From the NCBI RefSeq assembly GCF_006345805.1, contig NC_043001.1, positions 5,270,001-5,334,000 on the forward strand: a DNA stretch of 64,000 nucleotides. Reading direction: 5' to 3'. A program made the position numbers and the translations under genes. Of the stretch, positions 10,825-22,927 are shown in pieces. The notes under the pieces are model-generated. The model made no database searches and was not told the origin of the DNA. It saw nothing but the letters and a program-made list of their open reading frames with translations. Source of the stretch: Octopus sinensis (lineage: Eukaryota). Numbering within the stretch: the stretch's first letter is position 1; each line of letters starts with the position of its first letter.

Positions 10825-13045
10825 CTATGTTTGACTTTTGCTTTATATTTGTACAAGTTGGCTCCAAGTCTCACCCAGAGACCTCAAGAGACAACAGGGT
10901 TGGAAGTTCATGTTGTTGTTATGCCTAGTGTGCCATATATTTGGGGGGTGGGGATGTTGTACTAATGAATGTCTAAAAAAAAAAAGTTTTTTTTTTTTAT
11001 TTTTTTTTTAAACCGAAAATTATGGTTGTTTTAAACCTTGAGGTTACATAGAGAGTATTTTGCGTAGGATATGAGCAGTTCCCATGAGCACTATCTTTTG
11101 AACTTCTGCCATTTTGGGTTTCCTGGTATCTGAGTTAGGTAGCTATCAGCCCCTTTTGCTATCATTCCCAGGGCACCTATGACAACAGGTATTGTTTTAG
11201 TCTTCAGCTTCCACATTTTGCTGATTTCTATTTCAAGATCTTTATATTGCTCAGTTTTGGGTGGTCCTGACAGATACGTTTATATCGATTGGGACAGTCA
11301 TATCAATGAGGAGGCATGTTCTTTGTTTAGTCTTTCAATATGATGTCTGGCCTATTTGCATCTATCTTCCTGTCAGTTTGAATGGTGAAGTTCCAGAGGA
11401 GTGAGATGTGGTATTTTCAAGCACTGGGGGTGGTTTGTGTTCCCACCAGTTTTTTTCATGGGGCAAATCCAGGTTTTTACAGATTACCCAGTGAATATAT
11501 GTGCAGCTCTATCGTGCCTGTTGAGATACTCTGTAGGCGCTAGAAGACTGCACTTGGAGACCACATGGTCAATGGTTTCATTTTGTTGCTTGCATACACG
11601 ACACGTTGGACTGCTTCTGATCTTAATATGTTGGCTGGTAGTTTCTTGTGGTAGGCATTGATCTTGAGCTGCTATCATAAACCCCTCTGTTTCAGATTTT
11701 AAGCCAGAGGCCATTAGCCATTGATGGGTCAGGGCTTTGTCGATATCTGCATTATTCGCTCTCTTGGGTATTTGCCATAGAGAGGTTTTTCTTGCCATTT
11801 ATTATTCAGAATATCTAAGGCCACAGTTTTGGCACGGGTTTTCATGCGCCTAGCTTTTTCTGTGCTTGTTTCTTGTATGTCTATCTCTAATTCCGAAATT
11901 GGTTGTATTCGGAATCACTTAGATATTCCTTTGCCTGTTTTGTGACTGAGTATGATGCTTTCTTGTTTTCATGTTTTGAGACAAGTTTTAACATCCAGTC
12001 CTCAGAGTTTTTCAGGTAGATGTCTAGGCCAATTGTAGCAATCTTCATTGTTATTGCCAGTTGCAAAAGACCACGGCCTCCCTCTTTTCTTGGCAGATAG
12101 AGTCGTTCTGTATCTGCCTTAGGGTGGTGCATCTATGCATTGTCAACAGTTTCCTTATTTTTCTGTCGAGCTGACATATTTCAGTAATTGACCAGTTAAC
12201 AATATTGAAACTGTAAGTCACGACTGGTATAGCTAATGCATTGATTGCTTCGATCCTGTTTCTTGCATTCAGCTCTGTCTTGAGTATTGCTCTCACTCTT
12301 CGATAGCATTCTCTCCTGATCCTTTCCTTCATCTCTGAATGCCTTATTCCGTTCCCTTCAATTACCCCTAGGTACTTGTAGCTCTCCGCTGGGTCTAGTT
12401 CTTTTATGACATTCTGTTGGTCAAGGTTAACGTTAGATGTTTCTGTCATTTTTCCTTTGATAAAGGTAGCCTTTGCACATTTATCGAGGCCGAATTGCAT
12501 TCTGATGTCGTCACTGAATTGTTTGACTATCGCTAGTAAGCCCTTGAGTTGTTGATCATTTTTTGCAAAAAGCTTTAAATCATCCATGTAAACGAGATGA
12601 TTTATATTTTTATCAAACATTTTATACCCGTACTGCGCGTCATTGAGCAGCTTTGAGAGAGGTATTAAGGAAACAAAAGAGGAGTGGTGACAGTGAGTCA
12701 CCCTGGAAAATCCCACACGAAATTTTTACATCACCAGCATTTAGGGATTCACTGTCACTGTTCAGAGTTAGTGTGGTTCTCCATGATCTCATACTTACAG
12801 TCAAGAGTTTCGCAGAGTTGGTGTATCTTATACATTTCAAGGCATTTCCTAATCCAGCTATGTGGTAGGCTATCAAAAGCTTTTTTATAGTCTATCCAGG
12901 CTATTGATAAGTTTTGTGTCGTTTGTGACAATCTTCTAAGATCATCTTATTGATGAGTAGTTGGTCTTTACAGCCGTAGGATCCACGTTTACATCCTTTC
13001 TGTTCATTAGGGAATATGCTGCTGTCTGTTAAAAAACTATAGGTA
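10825..13045 (-). mobile_element. 5'-truncated R4/Dong-clade non-LTR retrotransposon (RT + CCHC + restriction-like endonuclease), frameshifted
   Basis: GIFQGDSLSPLLF, HLVYMDDLKLF, YKYLG, RLYLPRKEGGRGL, ETEGFMIAAQDQ, CRVC..ETIDHVVSKC, RHD, NRPDI, CLLIDMTVP, PVVIGALG; stop near 11044; flanked by (TAA)n on both sides. Confidence 0.85.
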
Positions 13046-13100
<55 letters not shown>

Positions 13101-13883
13101 GTTATTATAGATATCATCATCACCACGACCACCATTGCCACTACTACTACTACTACTACCACTACTACTACTACTACTATAATAATACTACTACTACTAA
13201 TACTACTATTACTACTACTATTACTACTCCATCTGGAGTTGTTTTATTTCGCAGCCTATGGTAAAACTTAACTTTCTAACAGAAAAAAACGAATTATTAC
13301 AGAGCACCTGCCGTCATGTGTCTAACCTATAGATTGATCTTCTCCCTGATTTTAGGTGAGTGAAGAGGTTAACTTCCTTTTGCATATCATTCGTATAACT
13401 TTCGCTATATTCGGAGAGGCGTATGTGACTAAAAACAAGAGAATATTTCATCGAGAATGACCACATTAATTATTTTTACATTTTCAATCGAAGCACAACT
13501 AAATAATAACATGTAGCAGAAAATGCGCCGATAAATATTAGTGGAAAATAGATGAAAGTTGTGAACATGGTGGTTGGCAATCCTACGCAAGTTGTCGGGG
13601 GAAGTAATTGCAGAGGGTTGTCATTTTACATAGTTAGCCACAGTAATCTTAGACGTATGTGTCTTACAGTAATAACGGTCCTTTTCCAACCACATTCATA
13701 ATATGCTGTTAAGTGGGTGAATCGTTCTTTTCCTGTCGCTTCTCATTCATTTTCGGCTTAGTTCCACCATTTTTGTAAACTATCCAACTAATAATTTTTC
13801 TGCACTCAGCAACACATACAAATGAAAAGCAAAATAAACATCGTTGCTGATGTTCGCTTCCGCTGTTCGCAGTTCTATTTCAG

Positions 13884-13930
<47 letters not shown>

Positions 13931-13940
13931 GCTGCTGCTG

Positions 13941-13973
<33 letters not shown>

Positions 13974-14194
13974 TTACTACTACTACTACTGCTGCTGCTG
14001 ATGATGATGATGATCATGATGATGATCATGATGATGGTGATGATGATGATGGTTGTGGTAGTGGTGGTGTTGATGATGATGATGATGATAATGGTGATGA
14101 TGATGATGATGGTGGTGATGATGATGATGGTGGCTGTGGATGTGGTGATGCTGATAATGATGATGATGGTGTTGGTGGTGGTGATGATGATGAA

Positions 14195-14237
<43 letters not shown>

Positions 14238-14268
14238 TTGATGATGATGATGATGATGATGATGTTGT

Positions 14269-14302
<34 letters not shown>
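13046..14302. repeat. (TTA)n/(CTA)n tract (13046-13228) and (CTA)n/(GAT)n tract (13883-14302)
   Basis: Directly visible. Confidence 0.9.
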
Positions 14303-14305
<3 letters not shown>

Positions 14306-15373
14306 ATTGATACTGACGTTGTTGCTGCTTTTGCTTCTCCTGCTGCTTCCACTATTAGCAAATAAAGAACACTTGGAATAGTATTTTAGTTTTGGAAATA
14401 TACATTCAGGCAGTGGAACACATTTTTCAAAATTTCCAACTGAAAATAATGTAATTCTTCTGCTAGTAAAAGCAACAATGAAGAACGATGCGATATTTTA
14501 AACTAAACTGCTCATGCCACCATACCCTGTTCTTCGGTTTCCGTTCAATCCAATTCAAGCAATAGAATCACCATTTGTCATAAAATGGCAAAAATCTGTC
14601 CTCAGTGTTAAAGTGCTTGATCGTTACTATGCAGCAACAGAGAACAGCGAGATGTAGAAACTAAAGGTTTGTAAAATAATCAATATTGACTGTCAGCTCA
14701 AAGGTAAACCAGTCGTGAGAGCGTTTAGCAAGAGTTTGGCAAATTGTAAGGTTGACTATTCGAGCGGAACACAACAGTGAGGAAATGTTAAATGTGTAGG
14801 AACACTGCTTAACTGACTAAATTAAAGTAATCCATGGGAATTCTTAGCTTACAAACGCAATATCCGAAACAATGGAAAAGAATGGTAATTCAACTAGAGA
14901 GAAGATTCAGCACCAAGACAAATGTAGTTACAATGCAGACAGCTTTATGAAGAAAAGCAGAAAGAAATAGAAAAAAATAGGAAAAGGAAATAGAAAATGG
15001 CGTAAGAATGGAAAATGTGCTTTGTAATCTGACAATGTATGAAGCATTTTGTGGTAGCCTGTGGCAGAATTTCAGAAAAGGCAGTTTAATAATAATGTAG
15101 AGAGTCATGGAATATAATTTCCATGAAAGATACAACCAAACGAATGTAATCGAGGATAATTTATTGGATAAATTTAAAGACAAAATACGGAGAAATAAGA
15201 TTTCAACGCTAAACTGCATTGGCTGTAGTGAAGCGCCTCATAAAATAGCTACAACGTTACTGAAGAGCTTCATAAATGTAGATGTATGTAAATGGAAAGG
15301 AAAAGTTGACTGTATTTCATGGTAAATTGGGAGAACTAATGTCTTTTATGTACAGTAAAACAGTTTAAATAAA

Positions 15374-15740
15374 CTCTCTTTATTCTTTTACTTGTTTCGG
15401 TCATTTGACTGCGGCCATGCTGGAGCACCGCCTTTAGTCGAGCAAATCGACCCCGGGACTTATTATTTTGTAAGCCCAGTACTTATTCTATCTGTCTCTT
15501 TTGCCGAACCGCTAGATGACGGGGACGTAAACACACCAGCATCGGTTGTCAAGCAACACATACATATATATACATATACATATATACGACAGGCTTCTTT
15601 CAGTTTCCGTCTACCAAATCCACTCACAAGGCATTGGTCGGCCCGGGGCTATAGTAGAAGACACTTGCCCAAGATGCCACGCAGAGGGACTGAACCCGGA
15701 ACCATGTGGTTGGTTAGCAAGCTACTTACCACACAGCCAC
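15374..15740 (-). mobile_element. tRNA-derived SINE family A, well preserved
   Basis: Minus strand has A box tggctgtgtggtaag, B box gggttcagtccc and a tail of aaagagt/aaagaat repeats; nearly identical to 46471-46872. Confidence 0.9.
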
Positions 15741-17502
15741 AAATACATTTTTTATTAATAAGGATGTTGTTGAAATATATTTATATATTTTTTATTTCTA
15801 TTAGAAATCTAATCTTAAACATCTATTAACATAGCATATGTTTCGCCTGCTTAATTCGTTAGATAGGACTAATATCTATTCTGTATATGTCCTCATTTTC
15901 TGATGATATCCATCCGTTTGAGGATATCCCATATGCCGATATGTCCGTGTATAAACAAGAACTTGTGTTTGTCAATTGCAATCAAATCCACCCAGATGGA
16001 ACACGATGGATAATTGACACTTACATCATTATTCGTTAAAATTCAGTTTTAATAAATGAAGCGGACGAAAATGTTAATGAATGGATGTGATAGGAAGACG
16101 AAATGAAACTTTTCGTTTCAAAGGTGCAGACAATTTTTATGCAGACCTATAAATCGTAAATACAAGATACGCATGCTATCAACTGATTGAAAGAGACTTT
16201 ATGCGTGTATTATCTATATAAAAACGAATAAAATATTTTCGCTGTAGGCGATTATGTATATAGCATACACATTATCGTAGAAATGTTAGCCACCATACTT
16301 TGTCAACCGTGCTTAAGTTTGCTGAAGACAACATTTCATAACTCTTTTACAGCTATTGTGCCACAAACCTACCAGTTACCTTACGAAGTTACCAATGTGA
16401 TAAATCTAATTGTGCACAATGAGGTCTTAAATTGCTATTTTTATGTCCATGAGATGTTGATGTGTGTTTGCAGTAGGAAAGTAGCGTTGCAAACAATAAT
16501 AATATGTATAAAGAAGACGGGAATGAGAAAATAATCTTATCGGTACACACGCGCTGGTAAAGTATTAGCCGTGTCTGTCTGATACTTATCTGTTTAAGCT
16601 TATTTCGGATATCGTATACGGCGATTATGTAGAGAAAAACATTCATTGACATCGCTTTAACGAGCATCAGAGACTGATATGCATTAATGAATTACTGGAA
16701 ATAAAGAATTATAAGCTTTAATGTGAAGCCTACTTTTTGTATGACACATTTGGAGAGACACAAATATGCGAAAGACTAAAACTTATAGCTATTCGGAATA
16801 TTGATTTGTATATTTGCTGAAATATATAATCGTATGGGTAAAAAGACAGGGTGAAAGAGAAGAAAATTAGGTTGTCATGTCAGAAAAATCGAGCTTTCAA
16901 ATGATGGCATTACGGACAAATATAGCTTTAATCATAAAACACTGCAACACTGAAGGCAGACTATAAGAGATGCGTCAGTCATATAAAGAGTGGTCATTCA
17001 CGGATGTGGAAAATTGTATGTATGCCCAAACAGTACAGCAGTAACCCGGGGACGAACATCATTTGCAACGTGCTTCGTGTAAGCTAATTTGAAAGTATTC
17101 TCCATGTATTTATTCAATGAAGAGGGGAAAAGCTTCCGAAATTTCAGTGACTAGCGAATGATTAATATCTGGGAAAGAAATAATGATTGTGGAATATATA
17201 AAGCTCCATCTTAGAGACATATTTTAGGTTCAAAGGAAAATATATGCAACAATAATCTAGATACGAACATGTACACTACATAAAAAACAAATTAGGGTGT
17301 AGGATTGATAGTGTTTACAGTGAAGTGACTCAGGTAAGCAAGCTCAGAAATCATAGACTGGGACTAGACTCGTAGCACTATAATATACACGAAAGAAGGC
17401 GATGGTTAGTCAATGGTAAAGAGAGTAAAATCGCTTAAGTAGCTGTAGCAAATCACAAGATAGTACGATTAGTGTTGATGAAATATATGTAAGAGCCATA
17501 AT

Positions 17503-18085
17503 AATATTTGCAATCTTCCATCCTACACAAACCTGACTTTCTTACTTCCAATAATAGCTGTTCTGCGGCATTTTTTACACACCATGCTATGTTGTTTTCT
17601 ACTGCTCTAATGCTGTGTTCGCATCCAATCAGTCCTTTTTTCCTTGGTGTATACAGTCTGTCTGAGTACCTTTTTGGGTGGAGTATCACATATCTACAAG
17701 GAATCTCCTTGTCTTTCTGTCTAAGCGGTTTAGTTCCTCTACTGTCCATGCAATTACCCCTGATCCAAATCTAAGGAGTAAAACCGCCCAGGTGTTGATA
17801 ACTTCAATCTTCTCCCGTCCGTTTAATTTCGAATTGAGAATAAGTCTCAGTCTGCGCAAGTATTCCACTTTAAAATTTTCCGTCATTTCTTTCTCCATCA
17901 ATTTATCCATTTCCAATATCCCCAAGTAGTTATAGCCCGTCTCTTCTATTTGCTTCATAACCTCCTCCGACTGTCTCGTTAGCCTTTCTATACATTTGAT
18001 TTTGCCTCTCTTCAAGAGTAACACACCAACCATTTTCAGTCTGCACTCCATTCTGATATCAACACTGAATGTATACACCGTATAT
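17503..18085 (-). mobile_element. Older R4/Dong-like LINE RT-thumb fragment
   Basis: YNYLGILE, RLRLILNSKLNGREKIEVINTWAV, LDRKTRR, HPK..DRLY.PRK, homologous to 11887-12400. Confidence 0.75.
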
Positions 18086-18122
18086 CTTTCTTCTTCTTCT
18101 TCTTCTTCTTCTTCTTCTTCTT

Positions 18123-18206
<84 letters not shown>

Positions 18207-18760
18207 GAGTGAGAGAGCAGTTCATGCCATCAAAGTGACACTGGGGTAAAATATACGAAGCCCAATATACCCATCATGACTACCCGTCTGATAAAGGTAC
18301 ACCAGACACATGCATCACAACCATATGTGCGCGACATGGTGATCTCATATCACGATAAACAGCACATGACCTTGCAGGTGGGGCCCAGTTAGAATTTTCT
18401 TCAGGTTGAGTAGCCCATCCCGCTCAAACGGTCCCTGAATAAGGGTTGTTTAAGGATGTTGAAAGAACCACCCATGTTTCCAGAGGTGAACTATTCAAAC
18501 CCCAAATAATCCCTCTCAACACATGGCTATGATGCTCCCCCACTACTTCTGCTCGTGATCAGAGATGCACATATCGTCAGCCACTAAGGTACATGCTCAA
18601 CTGGTTAAGGTCAAACAACTGACAAGCAAATCTGTGGTATTGAGCAGAATATTTGCTGTAGCCCATCTTTTATACCAAGACAAAACAATGTACATGATAA
18701 CACTTCCAATCAGTTAAGATCAGAAGCCATGAGAGCCACTGCCTGGTACTTCATCAGGGC

Positions 18761-18762
<2 letters not shown>
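18207..18762. mobile_element. ~555-bp non-coding interspersed repeat inserted in (TTA)n
   Basis: Bounded by (TTA)n on both sides; diverged copies at 29345-29570 (same orientation) and 45277-45635 (opposite orientation). Confidence 0.75.
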
Positions 18763-18826
<64 letters not shown>

Positions 18827-18859
18827 CATCATCATTATGTGCCCTTTCACCTACCAATA

Positions 18860-19095
18860 GTCAGCACAGAAGACAAAAAGCTAGACATAATAAATAGGAA
18901 ACAGCCCCGTTACAGGAAACGAAGAAGGTTAAAATACTACCAGTTAATATTGGGTCCTTGGGAACAGTATCAGAAGGCTCCAAGAGGAACACAAGAGGAA
19001 CACACAGAAAATTGGAATACAGAAATCTGCAGAGTTGCTATAAACGTTTTGCCTCGTTGGCACGGCCAGAATACTCAGGTAAGTATTAGAGAGTT
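18860..19095 (+). mobile_element. R4/Dong-like LINE C-terminal (endonuclease) fragment
   Basis: Remnant IGSLGTVS ... LVGTARILR*VL, similar to the end of the 10825-13045 ORF. Confidence 0.5.
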
Positions 19096-21413
19096 AAAAA
19101 GAACAGATAGCATGATACCGTTTTCTGCAGATTGCATTCATTTGAGTTTAAATGACAGACTTGAACTGAAACTCCCTATTGTTGACTTGCATAAAACCAC
19201 CATCATGTTTTCTGGAGGATTACTGTGCAAACTATCATCATCATCATCGTCATCACATCAATGTCAGTATAACCTTGTAGGTTTTATTTTTACACCGTTT
19301 CTAATCTTCTATCTTCTTGCATTTCCTTTTGCATGTTTTCTTGCCCGCCATTCAGGATTATCTTTATTTATGAATCTACTAAATCGGATGTATTTTCTAT
19401 TCTTGCTTTGGAAATAAAATTACGAGTTTTGCGACATGATCATCCTACGTGAATAAGACATTTCTATATAGATTGCCACTCCAGAGCATTGCTATTACCA
19501 TAGTTTCTAAGAACCTTTCCATCAACATGTTAATCTCTCATACGTCGATGGTTTATATAGTTGTCTAAAGTGTGCGCGTTTGGGACAATGTTTACAGAGT
19601 GCGAGACATTTAGATGTACGCCCTCAAGTCATAGGAATAGCAAATGTGAAGTGACGTACTCGAAACTATTTCATTGAACGCTTTAAATTATTTGTCATTA
19701 AATATCAGCAATAATTGTAATTGATGAATATAAATTTGTGCAAAATAAATCAAACTTTCGAGGAGAAAATTGGCATCTAGTGAAAAAACAATGCATACAT
19801 TTTAATCAATTACGACTATATATCAAATAAACATAACATACTATTATTTCAAAACAAGACAGTATACCTAAATATTATACACTTCATAAATGTTATTTTT
19901 CCACCCGAGATCTCAAAAACGCAGCAATATTTTACAACTCACTTATACAGAAATATACCCGATGAAACTATATCAGCATTATATTTTTCATTTTTGTGCT
20001 AGTTGTTACAGAGGTGATTCTGTGGGATAAACTACGTGATAATATATTACATACTCTTTATCTAAATGTAACTCAAATTTGTCGCTATTCCTGTTTCAAT
20101 AGTTTCTCCAATATATATTGTATTTAGACATTAAAAAGAAAAACATATGTAAACAAATTTTCTTTTAGCAATCAATCCTCCGTTCTTGCCTAACGTTCAA
20201 TGACTGCATGACATTAGATGTGAAGTCATGTGCTATGAATATCGCACGATATTGTATTGCATCCAGATATCAATATGAAGCGATCAAAGGTGATATGCAT
20301 AATCAATTACGGAAGGCTTGAAATATTCGTGGCAGTACAAAATAATATTGAAGGGAACGAGTAGCAAGAAGTAACACATTTGATGCACGAATCATGGATG
20401 AGACAACAAATATTGCTGAAATCAATGTAAAATATCATCACAAATATATTACCAATAGAGTGACTTTAACTTAAAAGAAAAGAACAGATTTATGAACACA
20501 TTTCTCGGTTTTATTTCACGTTACGTAGACTTCCAGTCATATTTTATTATCTTTGAAATCACGAGAGCAGAGTAGTAAAATCAGATATAAAATGAAGCAT
20601 ATATCTTGTTAAAATATAGGAAAATATTTACTCGCATTTGAACGTAGACTCTTTGTCGTATAATGTTTCTTTTGCATTCACTGCAAACAGCTTTATATTT
20701 TGTATATTTTTTATCCAGTTTGCAAGAGTACTTATGTGGATTCGTGTATTGAAACATTTGTTTTATTTAGTAAGTGTCAATATGCTACTGGTTTCAATCC
20801 ACTACTTTGTAATTAGTTAATTGTTTTAATATAGACCATGTAATCAATTGTTGATTTAATTTGGTTAAACAGTAAATCATTTGTCTTGTTTTTCTTTGTG
20901 AAACCTCTTTTGATGCTACTTACACGCTTTTCAGTCACTTTCATCTTAGTCCGTTACGCAGCCCGTGTTTGTCTGCTTCAGACGTTATTGCGTGCGTGCG
21001 TGTGTGTGTGTGTGTGTGTGCGTGCCACACAAATCAAAGAGCACGTCCTCATGAATGAAGCATTAGCCATGCTAGAGGGGAAATACACGCACGATATGAT
21101 AATAGGAAACGCATGTTCGGAAAAATGAAGGAATCAATTACGAAAGACGCACAAATAAACTATGAAGGTGCAAAATTCCGGTCGCATTTGAGACTACGAT
21201 TGAGATACCAAAATTAATGGAGCTTAGTAGAAAAATAGAACTTAATTTAATGAGGGTTATTGGAGAACGGTTAGAAATACAGATGGATGCTGTAACTATG
21301 TGTTAAAGGTAGGAAAAAGAAAGATGCAACATAATTACTGCGATAGAGAAAACACCAAATGCAGAGGACGAGGCACGTACTATTTTGCCTCATAGTTATA
21401 TTAATGTTTGGCG

Positions 21414-21485
21414 TACCCGCTGATGAGAATTTCGCCTAACAAATTATTTTATTTAATGCTAAAAGTTTGAAAACATGGTCCGGTA
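21414..21485 (+). ncRNA. Type I hammerhead ribozyme (more diverged copy)
   Basis: tacccg CTGATGA gaattt...aagttt GAAA acatgg TC cggta; predicted cleavage after C21480. Confidence 0.6.
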
Positions 21486-21859
21486 ACAAAATATGGTAAA
21501 TGTAGTTTTAATTTTTTATATTCCCCCCGAAATAACCCCTAACCATGGTTTGGATCTCGACTGCTCCTTCTAGCTTGTTAGGTGTCCTGTTGGAGGTCAC
21601 CTCTTGTGTGTTTAAATGTATACTAACTTTATATGAATAATCTATAGTCTTTTGGTTATTTTCGGCATGCTAAGCCACTGGTAGAAACATTTCTATAATA
21701 TTTCTACCCTGTATATTTTTCCTAATATGATTTTAGTAATTTTAGAGTAAGTTGACATCTTTATTTGATACCGACAAAAACTGCGCTTGCGCGGTGGATT
21801 TTAAAAATTATAATACATAAAACGAGACATGTGCTATTTTACCTCATAATTATATGGCG

Positions 21860-21930
21860 TACCCGCTGATGAGAACTTCGCCTAGCAAATTATTTTTTGG
21901 CTAATTAAAGTTAGAAACCATGGTCCGGTA
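21860..21930 (+). ncRNA. Type I hammerhead ribozyme with palindromic helix III (CCATGG)
   Basis: tacccg CTGATGA g aactt...aagtt a GAAA ccatgg TC cggta; predicted cleavage after C21925. Confidence 0.7.
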
Positions 21931-22444
21931 ACAAAATATGGTAAATGTTCTTTTATTTTTCATTCCCTTCGAAATTACCCATAACCGTGGTTTGGATTTT
22001 GACTGCTCCTTCTAGCATGTTAGGTGTCGTGTTAGGGTCACATAGTATATGTTTAAATTCTTTATCACAAAATATAAGCCCCTTTTGAATGCATCCACCA
22101 CAAATGACACTATCACCAGGACCTTAGAATAATATACACGTAAATATTAAAAAGGATATATTCGAAACAGTCACTTCACATAAATTTATTCAGAACAATT
22201 CCAATCACTTTTAGATCACTTGACCATTTGAGAAGATTTCACCAACATCCTGCTTCTGTCATACCATTCCTGCATTCTTCTTCTTTTTCATCTCCATATC
22301 CTTTTCCTCCTCCTCCTCCACCACCTCCTCCTCCTCCTCCTCCTTCTTCTTCTTCTTCTTCAGCTTCTTTCTCTACTACTACTGCTGCTGAAACAATCAA
22401 ATACAACAATTCATATCAAAGTACCTGCTGCTTACGACACTAGA

Positions 22445-22666
22445 ACTCACAAGAATAAAAGACAGCGAGAGAGACAGAGAGAGAGAAAAGAATATCCCTT
22501 GTATTTGAAAGCTATGCAAATATTTTGTTTTTTTTAGATATTTCATTTAATTTTTCCACAGTAGAGTTGTTTTCTAATAGTTGAAACAGTTTCAAACTGA
22601 AACCGGTTCTAAAACGTTCTTCATGATGAAAATATTTTAGCATTTTGTACCTTGTCCTATTTTCGT

Positions 22667-22670
<4 letters not shown>
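22445..22670 (+). mobile_element. Second copy of the 9940-10150 repeat with a degenerate hammerhead-like motif (22578-22611)
   Basis: tag TTGAAAC agtttcaaact GAAA CCGG TT cta; shared flanks ctt.tatttgaa..ctat.caaatatt and attttagcatttt.ta.cttg. Confidence 0.5.
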
Positions 22671-22732
<62 letters not shown>

Positions 22733-22849
22733 ATTAATCCAAACAAGAAAACACAAAAAACACAACAATGCGAGGACGTGGAACAAATATGGTATTATTG
22801 GACGGTCTTCATCGGAAACATAGGAGAAAGAAAGATCCAGAGAATGGAA

Positions 22850-22927
<78 letters not shown>

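Larger units (their letters stand above)
21368..22060 (+). repeat. Diverged tandem repeat, period ~445 bp (about 1.5 units), one hammerhead per unit
   Basis: 21368-21620 aligns with 21822-22060. Confidence 0.85.

Noticed and set aside
15900-15935. CTGATGA followed by a tatcc/ggata hairpin (similar partial cases near 25834, 47443 and 54427)
   Set aside because: No GAAA-helix III-UH in register; compatible with chance.
14650-17400. Purine-rich stretches faintly like ancient LINE endonuclease/RT (also 48830-49750 and 61000-61600)
   Set aside because: Motifs are too decayed to assign by eye; needs a profile-HMM search.
22733-22850. Short repeat between microsatellites with minus-strand CCGATGA
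   Set aside because: The rest of a ribozyme is absent; cannot be classified from this copy.
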